From the IMG/VR virus record IMGVR_UViG_2684622769_000012: a stretch of 43,830 nt of DNA, one strand, 5' to 3'. A program made the translations under genes and the position numbers. The first letter of the stretch is position 1, and each line of letters begins with the position of its first letter. Positions 21,655-29,894 of the stretch are shown one piece after another. The notes beneath the pieces were generated by a model. The model was given only the letters and a program-made list of their open reading frames with translations. It did not search any database and had not been told where the DNA came from. Origin of the DNA: a virus (taxonomy: Duplodnaviria; Heunggongvirae; Uroviricota; Caudoviricetes).

Positions 21655-23112
21655 TTAGGAGCGCCAAAAAAAACCTGAAAACAATATAATAACAGGATAA
21701 ATTTCAAGGCGACCAAGAATCATAGCTATGCACATTAAATATTTTGCAATGTCATTAAGCACTCCGAATGACGATGCAGTAGCCCCAAAACCTAATCCCA
21801 TATTATTAATACATGCAGCCACTGTTGCAAATGATGTAAGAAAATCATATCCCATACCATTTAACACCAGTATAAAAAACACCGTGAAGAGAGTATAAAG
21901 AAAAAAGAAACTCCATACAGACCTCATTACACGATCTGTAACTATCTTCCCTCCTACATTTACACTCAACAACGCTCTGGGATGAGAAAGCTGATTTATC
22001 TCGTGTTTGCTTTGTTTGAAAAGTATAAGAAATCGAAGTGACTTAATTCCACCACAGGTTGAACCTATACATCCCCCAAAGAAACTTGACAACAGCAAAA
22101 ACACTATCGTGTGCGTGGGCCAGTTTGCATAATCCTGCGTAGCTAAACCATTATCAGTGAGCATGGAGCTGGCAAGAAAAAACGAATGAATAAAACTTCC
22201 ATGCAAGTCATACATACCTATATGCCAGACCTGGAAAGAGGTAACAATGATCACCCCTAAGGCTATTAACAGAAAGAAACGAAGTTCAATATCTCTGATT
22301 AAAGGTTTTATCGTTTTTCTGCTAATAACAATATACCAAAGAGTGAAGTTGAAAGCCGATAGCAGGGAAAAAGAACCAGCCACCAGCTCAACCAAATAGT
22401 TATTAAAATATCCGATACTCTCGCTATGAGTTGAGAAACCACCAAGCGAAACTGTGGAAATCCCGTGACAAATAGCATCAAACAAAGGCATTCCTGCAAG
22501 TCTATAACAGACAATACAAGCAATACCTAATAAAGAATAAGTTATCCACAGTGTCCGTGACGTATCGGCCAGGCGGGGAGTGAGTTTGTCATCCTTAAAT
22601 GGCCCCGGCATTTCTGACTGATAAAGCTTTGCACCACCAATACCCAATAATGGCAATACTGCAACCGCCAGAACAATAACTCCTAAACCACCTATAAAAT
22701 TTAACTGTGACCGATAGTACAAATATGCCCGAGGTAATGAACTAACATCATCAATTACAGTTGCTCCTGTTGTTGTTATTCCAGAAACCCCTTCAAACAG
22801 AGCATCAATGAACGTTAAATTAAGTTCTGAGTCAATCCATAAAGGGAATGCACTAATAACAGAAAACAAAATCCAAAACATTACAATTATAATAAACCCA
22901 TCACGGGTACGTAATTGAATGCCAGATTTCTTAGTTGTATACCACGCTCCGCCACCAATGCAAAAAAATATAACGAAAGTTATAAAGAAAACGAACAGGC
23001 TTTTTTCTTTATAAAACAATGCTACAACCATTGGTGGCAACATTGAAAGACTATAGAGCCAAACCAGGAACCCACACATATGAGTAACAACTCTTACATG
23101 AGATGTATTCAT
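21655..23112 (-). CDS. trkG: Trk-system potassium uptake protein TrkG (TrkH family membrane protein), prophage moron
   Basis: ORF translation matches Rac TrkG; start chosen at MNTSHVRV (ATG 23110..23112), giving 485 aa; multi-pass hydrophobic protein with repeated GxG selectivity-like loops; visibly AT-rich. Confidence 0.9.
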   Translation of the reverse strand: MNTSHVRVVTHMCGFLVWLYSLSMLPPMVVALFYKEKSLFVFFITFVIFFCIGGGAWYTTKKSGIQLRTRDGFIIIVMFWILFSVISAFPLWIDSELNLTFIDALFEGVSGITTTGATVIDDVSSLPRAYLYYRSQLNFIGGLGVIVLAVAVLPLLGIGGAKLYQSEMPGPFKDDKLTPRLADTSRTLWITYSLLGIACIVCYRLAGMPLFDAICHGISTVSLGGFSTHSESIGYFNNYLVELVAGSFSLLSAFNFTLWYIVISRKTIKPLIRDIELRFFLLIALGVIIVTSFQVWHIGMYDLHGSFIHSFFLASSMLTDNGLATQDYANWPTHTIVFLLLSSFFGGCIGSTCGGIKSLRFLILFKQSKHEINQLSHPRALLSVNVGGKIVTDRVMRSVWSFFFLYTLFTVFFILVLNGMGYDFLTSFATVAACINNMGLGFGATASSFGVLNDIAKYLMCIAMILGRLEIYPVIILFSGFFWRS

Positions 23113-23249
23113 ATCTAAATATTCTTTCAATTATAACCACCTTGCTGCAATATTATGATTATACTGTATAAAATTTAACTCCTCTTAGATCTTACTTCAC
23201 TGTTCCTTATGAAACAATCATCAAAATGAATCATATTGTAGTTAAGATT

Positions 23250-23714
23250 TTACTTTAAACACTGCTCGGTTATGTATTGCTGAGCACCTTCAAGTTGGGC
23301 CTGCATCATTACCAGTCGTTCCCGGAGGGTGAAATAATCCCGTTCAGCGGTGTCTGCCAGTCGGGGGGAGGCTGCATTATCCACGCCGGAGGCGGTGGTG
23401 GCTTCACGCACTGACTGACAGACTGCTTTGATGTGCAACCGACGACGACCAGCGGCAACATCATCACGCAGAGCATCATTTTCAGCTTTCGCATCAGCTA
23501 ACTCCTTCGTGTATTTTGCATCGAGCGCAGCAACATCACGCTGACGCATCTGCATGTCAGTAATTGCCGCGTTCGCCAGCTTCAGTTCTCTGGCATTTTT
23601 GTCGCGCTGGGCTTTGTAGGTAATGGCGTTATCACGGTAATGATTAACAGCCCATGACAGGCAGACGATGATGCAGATAACCAGAGCGGAGATAATCGCG
23701 GTTACTCTGTTCAT
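23250..23714 (-). CDS. Spanin inner-membrane subunit (Rz-like)
   Basis: Start [21 protein letters not shown] (N-terminal TM) followed by coiled-coil region; directly downstream of the endolysin. Confidence 0.75.
   Translation of the reverse strand: MNRVTAIISALVICIIVCLSWAVNHYRDNAITYKAQRDKNARELKLANAAITDMQMRQRDVAALDAKYTKELADAKAENDALRDDVAAGRRRLHIKAVCQSVREATTASGVDNAASPRLADTAERDYFTLRERLVMMQAQLEGAQQYITEQCLK
23309..23494 (-). CDS. Spanin outer-membrane lipoprotein subunit (Rz1-like), embedded in Rz in another frame
   Basis: 61-aa [26 protein letters not shown]... with lipobox VVGC and Pro-rich tail ([13 protein letters not shown]), fully inside Rz. Confidence 0.65.
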   Translation of the reverse strand: MRKLKMMLCVMMLPLVVVGCTSKQSVSQCVKPPPPPAWIMQPPPDWQTPLNGIISPSGNDW

Positions 23715-24208
23715 TGCTGACCCCACAAACAGATTTCACGCTCAATCTCACGACGAGTCATGAGACCTTTCCATTGCTTACCGCCAGCATATGTCCAGCG
23801 ACGTAGCTGATCACATGCGCCTTTGATATCGCCCTGGTTTATTTTGCGAAGAAGCGTCGATGTTCTGAAATTGCCAGCACCCACGTTGTAAACGAATGAG
23901 TAAAGAGCGCCGCGCGTTGTTTCCGGTATATCGACTTTGATGTACGGGTTAATTTGTCTGGCGACAGTGGCAAGGTCTTTATTCAAGAGTGTTTTGCATT
24001 CTGCTTTGGTATACGTTTTACCGAGCATGATGTCTTTTCCTGTATGCCCGTGACATACAGTCCATACACCAACAATATCTTTGTATGGTATGTAGCTGAC
24101 ACCTTCCAGACCATCGTTACCACTTGGGCCAGTGATTAACACTGATGCTATAGCAATTGCTCCGCCACCAATAGCAGCAGCAACGACTTTTCGTAATGAT
24201 GGAGGCAT
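23711..24208 (-). CDS. SAR endolysin (phage 21 R-type lysozyme with N-terminal signal-anchor-release domain)
   Basis: 165-aa ORF; N-terminus [18 protein letters not shown] (Gly/Ala-rich weakly hydrophobic SAR segment); start overlaps holin stop (ATGA). Confidence 0.85.
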   Translation of the reverse strand: MPPSLRKVVAAAIGGGAIAIASVLITGPSGNDGLEGVSYIPYKDIVGVWTVCHGHTGKDIMLGKTYTKAECKTLLNKDLATVARQINPYIKVDIPETTRGALYSFVYNVGAGNFRTSTLLRKINQGDIKGACDQLRRWTYAGGKQWKGLMTRREIEREICLWGQQ

Positions 24209-24423
24209 TATTCACCTCTCGCAGCCTTGCGCTTATCTTCTTTAATCTTGAAATAAAGGTTTGTCAGGTACGTCAGCAGGCCAAATACCAGACTACCCAG
24301 CACACCGATTGCAGCCCACTGTGACGGAGTTACTCTATCGAGCAACTGTAAAAACCAGTAGCCAGCACTGCCTGCGGAGGTGCCGTAGGCAATGCCTGTT
24401 GAAATTTTGTCCATGGATTTCAT
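24208..24423 (-). CDS. Pinholin (phage 21 S-type holin) with dual-start motif
   Basis: [71 protein letters not shown] closely resembles S21 as I recall it; two TM segments; Met1 and Met4 (ATG 24421..24423 and 24412..24414); RBS GGAGGTGA upstream. Confidence 0.85.
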   Translation of the reverse strand: MKSMDKISTGIAYGTSAGSAGYWFLQLLDRVTPSQWAAIGVLGSLVFGLLTYLTNLYFKIKEDKRKAARGE

Positions 24424-24674
24424 AGCCTCACCTCCGCACGGAACGGATGGCATAGTTATTATGTGTAGGCTTTCAGACACATCAATCAGAGCCTTAATTG
24501 ATATATATGCTGGAGACGATGCAATATAAAAAGCTCGCCGTAGCGAGCTAATAAAATGTATTTCTCTGATATTATGTTTATTTGTATTAGCTCAGACTTG
24601 ACATCACAGGTTTCGTATATAGAACATCATCAAATCTGTCAGTTTGCTATGAATGAGATATAGTAATTGAAGAG

Positions 24675-25070
24675 CTAACCTCGCATGTCAAAGCCAGATT
24701 TCTGAAAATCTCTGTAGACTTCCGGATTGTTGAAGGCCGGAAATTTGGCTTTATGAGCTGCGGACTTTATCGCTTCGCAATAGGCTTTATCACCGTTACT
24801 GGTAGATATTTTTAACGCCGTGCCATCCTGAGAGAATTCCATATGCAACCTGCATTTTTTCCCTTTCCAGTTATGCGGCTCATCAAGTTTGGCATTAATT
24901 GCAGCTCTGATTCCCCGCGCTTGCGCCCCCCATTCATCCTGATCATCCCAGCGTCCTGAACTGCAACTACCTGTAGCAGTAGTTTTGTGGCAATCTGAAG
25001 GGTGTAAAGGTGTGCATCCCGCAACAAAACCGACCCAAAAAGTCAACATAACGATTTTCTTTAATCCCAC
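24675..25070 (-). CDS. Lipoprotein with divergent TolA domain III-like C-terminus (paralogue of the upstream gene)
   Basis: 131-aa ORF; signal peptide with lipobox FVAGC; C-terminal pattern GKKCRLHMEF...DG..L.I....GDKAYCEAIKSAAHKAKFP....PEVYRDFQ parallels TolA-III. Confidence 0.6.
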   Translation of the reverse strand: MGLKKIVMLTFWVGFVAGCTPLHPSDCHKTTATGSCSSGRWDDQDEWGAQARGIRAAINAKLDEPHNWKGKKCRLHMEFSQDGTALKISTSNGDKAYCEAIKSAAHKAKFPAFNNPEVYRDFQKSGFDMRG

Positions 25071-25220
25071 TTCTTGCTCCTCAATCCATTAAAATCTCAG
25101 CAATAGTAGTTGTTACGTCCGCCACTGGCTCAGAGCTGACTATCCGCTAAATTTAGCTCAGTGCCGTAGCTGTGTCAGAACAAACCTAAGCCGAAACCGT
25201 TTATTACAAAACAATAAATA

Positions 25221-25649
25221 TCAGGGTTTAAAATCCAGCACCCCATTTTGAAATACTTTATATACTTCCGGCGAAGGGGGGGCAGGTATATCAGCATTCT
25301 TTATCGCATTCATCGCTTCACGACATAAATCGAGGTCTCCACTTTCTCTTTTAACCTCCAGTAGAAGGCCATTCGGGGCCATATGCATTCTCAGTGTACA
25401 CTCTTTTCCTGAATACTTACTCGCATCCCCGAACTGTTTTTCGATGGCGCTCTTGATTTGATGGGCATACAGACGGATATCCTCACTAACATCAGAAGTA
25501 CGTTCAGATGAACTCACATACTGTGTCTCTATTGCTTTATCGGAGTAATATGATGTACGGTCATGATAATTTGTCGATACAGCATCAGTGCACCCGATAA
25601 TAATCCCACTAATAATCAACGTAAGAATTGATGCGCTACGAAAACCCAT
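25221..25649 (-). CDS. Lipoprotein with TolA domain III-like C-terminal domain
   Basis: 142-aa ORF; lipobox IIIGC; C-terminal about 85 aa (HQIKSAIEKQFGDASKYSGKECTLRMHMAPNGLLLEVKRESGDLDLCREAMNAIKNADIPAPPSPEVYKVFQNGVLDFKP) closely parallels the E. coli TolA C-terminus as recalled. Confidence 0.7.
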   Translation of the reverse strand: MGFRSASILTLIISGIIIGCTDAVSTNYHDRTSYYSDKAIETQYVSSSERTSDVSEDIRLYAHQIKSAIEKQFGDASKYSGKECTLRMHMAPNGLLLEVKRESGDLDLCREAMNAIKNADIPAPPSPEVYKVFQNGVLDFKP

Positions 25650-26240
25650 TTTTCCTCACATATGTCATATAGTAAAGGATTATATATACCGTTGTTTTGG
25701 ACGCTCAAACAGCGAATCAGATCAAATAAAACGCACATTTGTTAACATTTACACAAAGTCTGCGTGGGATATTCTGAAAGAATATCCATAATGTGGAGAG
25801 AATCTATTGAAGTGCATGGTGCCGGGTGCCTCCCGGTGAACAAAATGTTCGTGATACCTGTCGGCGACAGAAAAGGTTAATGGTATCACCCCACCGCACA
25901 GGGGGATTCACCATGCAGGAGTTTTCTTAGCAAACTCACTGCGCGCCCGGCAACTCCCAACCACATAAAATGCGGAGTTTGTGGCATTTATGCATATAAC
26001 TCGCAGGAATTATCTTAAAAAACTGATGTCGATCCGGATTAAAAAGAAGCAGGTCATCATCAGATGACTGGAAAAAAGGAAAACAAAAAATACTCATCAT
26101 ACAGTTTTGATTGCAGGGATGAGCCTGCTATGCACAATATGCAGAATATAAGCAAGATAAAAATATGCAGGCATATTATTTCGGATCTTGTTATTAACAC
26201 AACCTTTTTAATAATCATTTGGCATACAATAAACCAGCCC

Positions 26241-26266
26241 AAAAAGAACCGCCTAAACAGGCGGTT
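26241..26266 (-). terminator. Rho-independent terminator-like hairpin (minus-strand sense) in the Q-to-late-gene intergenic region
   Basis: Plus strand aaccgcc-taaaca-ggcggtt (7-bp stem) preceded by aaaaag; on the minus strand the stem is followed by TTCTTTTT. Confidence 0.45.
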
Positions 26267-26510
26267 GGTCAATACAAAGGATGCTTCGTCTTTATTATAG
26301 TAATCTGAGGCGTCGGGTGTCTTGTATCAGACAACATATTGTCCCGCTAAACAGCGAATTACAAACCACCCTGCAATGATCTCTCATCTCATTTTATATG
26401 AGTTGACGACATCAGGATAACGCATCATCAGCCCCTGCCAAGAAATATCAAAACTCCCGCCAGCAATGTGTTATCACAATATTGTAAAAAAAACACAGCA
26501 CCGAAACTAT

Positions 26511-26549
26511 AACTGGTCTCTGTTATAATTTGGAGCAGAAAGACCAGTT
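26511..26549. repeat. 9-bp perfect inverted repeat AACTGGTCT ... AGACCAGTT with 21-nt AT-rich spacer containing TATAAT
   Basis: Read directly: 26511..26519 and 26541..26549; lies between Q and the late genes. Confidence 0.6.
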
Positions 26550-26586
26550 GCCCAACTAGCAGCATTCTCCCCTGCTTTCCTGACGT

Positions 26587-26613
26587 AAAAAAACCGCATT
26601 AAGCGGTTTTTTT
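26587..26613. terminator. Bidirectional rho-independent terminator hairpin about 80 nt downstream of the Q-like gene
   Basis: aaaaaa-aaccgc-attaa-gcggtt-ttttttt: 6-bp GC-rich stem flanked by an A-run and a T-run. Confidence 0.55.
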
Positions 26614-26693
26614 ACGATGTCCATGTCTGCAATCCGCCTCGCGATACAGCTTTGCGAAGCATAGCAAAATTGAAGCAGTTTATACGTAAGAAA

Positions 26694-27236
26694 TCAAGCC
26701 ATTTTCTCAGCAAATGATTCACGCATGGGAATATATAGGGCATACTCAGCAACAGCTAACCAATTAGCAATCCGTTTTTCGCATGTGCTAAAACACCACT
26801 CTGGGTGTGCATCATTTAGCAATTCAGCCATTTTGCGCTTAGTCATCCCCCGCCCTTCATAGCGTTGCCGGAGAATGCAAATCAATCCTGGATGCTCTGC
26901 CAGCACCTCACTTATGACTCGATCAATACATAACGCCTCTGCATCAGTACAATGCGCCAGCCAGCTCTTTTGCTTGCCGTTGATCATCTCTCGCAAAAAC
27001 GCTTCCAGCTCAGCTTTCTCTATTCCCGCTTTTTTCATTCTGCGCAGGGCTTCATTAATGGCTGTTTTCGTCAGTTTTTTGGATGCCAACAACTGATTGA
27101 ACATATTCCCTGACCTGCCACCGCCAATATACGACCAGCGCCCCCACATACGTAGTTTTCCCTGAATCCAGACACTTTCCAGCGTGGTGAGGCGAAGGTG
27201 TTCTCCGCTTTTTCCTGTATTCGTTGGGTAAATCAT
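26694..27236 (-). CDS. Putative late-gene antiterminator (Q-like) protein
   Basis: 180-aa basic ORF located in the canonical Q position (after nin-like genes, before terminator, holin and endolysin); assignment mainly positional. Confidence 0.45.
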   Translation of the reverse strand: MIYPTNTGKSGEHLRLTTLESVWIQGKLRMWGRWSYIGGGRSGNMFNQLLASKKLTKTAINEALRRMKKAGIEKAELEAFLREMINGKQKSWLAHCTDAEALCIDRVISEVLAEHPGLICILRQRYEGRGMTKRKMAELLNDAHPEWCFSTCEKRIANWLAVAEYALYIPMRESFAEKMA

Positions 27237-27523
27237 AAATGACCTTTCTTTCTCCAGATTTCTTGTGTGCGAAAAACCCCTTCAGCATGCATCAGGCGCA
27301 ATTCTTCTTTGGTGTAATCGCTGGTTTTTACCCGCCCGTCGATTAGATCGTGGCATGAGCTACAGGCTATCGCCGCCTGCATATCATGTGGTTTTGTCGC
27401 TGTTCCGCACGTCCCCGCCAGCCTGTAATGCGCCAGCACAGAGGTTTCGGGATTGTGATTGCAGTAGCCAGGGATTCTGATCTGGCACATCTGGCCTTTA
27501 GCCGCTTTACGTAAATTCACCAT
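27233..27523 (-). CDS. Cys-rich phage protein (DUF1364 / YbcO-like, nin-region)
   Basis: 96-aa ORF with C-x5-C...C-x2-C-type Cys/His spacing (CQIRIPGYCNH...CSSCHDLIDG); 4-nt overlap with the Q-like gene. Confidence 0.55.
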   Translation of the reverse strand: MVNLRKAAKGQMCQIRIPGYCNHNPETSVLAHYRLAGTCGTATKPHDMQAAIACSSCHDLIDGRVKTSDYTKEELRLMHAEGVFRTQEIWRKKGHL

Positions 27524-28122
27524 TACGCAAACTCCAGTAGTTGTGCGGCCACATTTTCAACTTCCTCCTGAGAGGAGAATTTACGGAACAGAATCCAGTT
27601 CCACAGCACATTCAGTACAGATTTATAAACCTGCTGAAACTCGACTTCGTCCATATTCGCAAAAGCGATGGATTTTGCCCGACGCCCACGGCTACCGTCC
27701 GGATAAATATGCTCGGTGTAAAATCCGGCCTGAATGGTTACCCACTCGCGGAAAGCCTCAAACGACTTTAGCAACGCCGTATCCCGGGTTCTACGAGTCG
27801 CAACGGTGTTAAGGTATTGCTCTGCGGCATCACTCAGGGCTGGCGTGTGTTCCCGACCAACTGATTCGCACAGGTAATCAACGAAACCAGACAGCAGTTC
27901 TCGTTCGCGAGGCGTGATCGCCCCACCGACCGGAGTCCAGTAATCGAATCCCAGTTGCAGGAGTTTGAAAAAACGCTTGTGGAATGCGTAGTTACGCACA
28001 CGCTTAAAGTCTGCGTGTATCCACTCACCTATTTTGATTTGATGCAGAAAATCGCAACTCTCCGGCGTCGCCGGGAGAAGTAAACCAGAAGAGGTTTGTT
28101 TGACCAGTTGTATATGCGCCAT
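27523..28122 (-). CDS. Nin-region phage protein (YbcN-like, DUF1367-type)
   Basis: 199-aa ORF MAHIQLVKQTSSGLLLPATPESCDFLHQIKIGEWIHADFKRVRNYAFHKRFFKL...; position upstream of YbcO-like and Q-like genes as in DLP12-type prophages. Confidence 0.45.
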   Translation of the reverse strand: MAHIQLVKQTSSGLLLPATPESCDFLHQIKIGEWIHADFKRVRNYAFHKRFFKLLQLGFDYWTPVGGAITPRERELLSGFVDYLCESVGREHTPALSDAAEQYLNTVATRRTRDTALLKSFEAFREWVTIQAGFYTEHIYPDGSRGRRAKSIAFANMDEVEFQQVYKSVLNVLWNWILFRKFSSQEEVENVAAQLLEFA

Positions 28123-28402
28123 TTCTCAATCTCTCGATGGCGCAGCGCAGCAGATGCCAGTTGTTCAGGCTGACGAATAAAGTATAAATAAACTGGCTAT
28201 GGTGTAAAGCCCCACATAGCATGAACAAACACTACATATCAAATAGCTGGTACAAGGATAGAAATACGACACTTATTATTAAAAACGATTAGATAAATTA
28301 CATTTTAATGTTATGCAAAAGTTCTTTTTTATCATAACATTTCAATAAAAGCATTACAGATGCAATCATCCCGTCATCATCAATTATTTAAGGTGGTTAA
28401 AC

Positions 28403-28489
28403 ATGGAAAATAACAAGTTCGCACATCTCGCTCCTTTTTTATCCGTAATCCTTTTCGCTTGTTGTTTTATATGGGCATTATTTTTATAA
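28403..28489 (+). CDS. Candidate 28-aa hydrophobic micro-protein (MENNKFAHLAPFLSVILFACCFIWALFL)
   Basis: ATG 28403 preceded by AAGGTGG at about 7 nt; single predicted TM helix; stop TAA 28487..28489; in an AT-rich accessory segment. Not in the ORF track (under 60 aa). Confidence 0.3.
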   Translation: MENNKFAHLAPFLSVILFACCFIWALFL

Positions 28490-28935
28490 AGTAGCCACAT
28501 GATAAGTTGCTGGAATCATATTTCCCACTCAAGTCATTAACATTTGATAAGATATATCTAAAAGGACGCCTTTACATTATTTATGCGTATATAATTTATT
28601 TATATACACAGTAAAGGTATCCTGGGAAAATATTTATCGTTAAAAAATACATCATAAATAATTAAGCTGAAATTTCAGAACACAACTAATACACACAATA
28701 AGGTTCAGTAACAGTAATCTATGTGGACTACATCGAGATTTTTTGATTAAACTTTAATAACTTATTCCTAACACACAGAATGCATAAACTAAAAGTAAAA
28801 CAAATAGTTATACGAAAAACAACCATATTTATTCTATCTTCTCCTCTAATCAACATATCAATTATGTGTTTCATAACAGCTTGACATAACCCTCCAAAAG
28901 ATGCATTTTTAATGCATGTTTTGGAGGAGGTGGTT

Positions 28936-29274
28936 ATGACACACAAGAGAATTCCTAAAGATTGGGTAATCAAACGCTCAACTCCGTTCTTCACAAAAGA
29001 GAACGTACCTTCAGCGTTATTAACACATCATAATACAGCAGCAGGTGTTTTTGGGCAGTTGTGCGTAATGGAAGGCACTGTAACATATTATGGTTTTACT
29101 GATGAGAATGCTACTGAACCGGAGATAAAAGTAGTCATTAATGCTGGCGCTTTTGCAACAAGCCCACCACAATACTGGCACCGTGTTGAACTAAGCGATG
29201 ATGCTCAGTTTAATATTAACTTTTGGGTCGCTCCAGACTTTTCGGGCGAAAAAGTCTATAGCACCAAAAAATAG
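28936..29274 (+). CDS. YeaR-like DUF1971 protein (TehB-N-terminal-domain-like), moron
   Basis: Start MTHKRIPKDW... (ATG 28936, RBS GGAGGAGGTGG upstream); RSTPFFTKENVPSALL...VMEGTVTYYGF...NINFWVAPDF parallels E. coli YeaR as recalled; opposite strand to surrounding phage genes. Confidence 0.65.
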   Translation: MTHKRIPKDWVIKRSTPFFTKENVPSALLTHHNTAAGVFGQLCVMEGTVTYYGFTDENATEPEIKVVINAGAFATSPPQYWHRVELSDDAQFNINFWVAPDFSGEKVYSTKK

Positions 29275-29303
29275 ATGATCATATTAAAAATGCTTTAACA
29301 GTC

Positions 29304-29340
29304 AGACCCGGCAGGGCTATCCCCGACGGGTCTCATTTTT
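29304..29340 (+). terminator. Candidate terminator after the YeaR-like gene
   Basis: agacccg ... cgggtct (7-bp stem, 16-nt loop) followed by CATTTTT. Confidence 0.4.
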
Positions 29341-29894
29341 GTAAATATATTGGTTCTACATTGACAGGAGACTTCAACCATAAGAAGTAATCTGAATACT
29401 TGAGCAATAAATTTACTTAAGATTAATGAGCGCACCTTGCCGGACAAAGATAAACCAAGGTAACACCTTTTTTCTAGCCAGTATGTAATCAATCAGAAAG
29501 CCGCTCCATAAGAACAACAGCAAGACAATAAATTGCCATTACAGCCGCAATAGCCAGCGCACATTTGAGAACCAGCACGACAACCCCCTGTATTAGACGC
29601 ACACCAGTCCTGATAAATATGAGGCTGTCTCGTCAGTGATTCAATACAACTATTGGGTATAGTTTCTGTGATTTTATTCTGTAGAAATGGAACACAACAA
29701 CCAGTCACCACCAGCACTTCCTTAAATGCTCTAAGTCAGAAACAAGCCAACATTTTAGTCCGCTTTGAGCGATCTGCAGACATTGCTAGCAGCCTTCTGT
29801 GTGAATTCTCAGGGAGCAGGTCGGCATAGCATCACGTTGAGGCTCTTACCCTACTTGTTCACACCAACCCTAACTCCACAGACTGATTCATAAA

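Noticed and set aside
26060-26300. Overlapping plus and minus strand ORFs (78 and 70 aa) in the AT-rich Q-to-late intergenic region
   Set aside because: Low-complexity Ile/Lys/Asn-rich translations typical of AT-rich non-coding DNA; the plus-strand ORF runs through a terminator stem.
29295-29717. Two minus-strand ORFs (65 and 74 aa), the latter Cys-rich
   Set aside because: No RBS; low-complexity composition; the first overlaps the YeaR-like gene's terminator hairpin. Kept only as a possible gene-remnant region.
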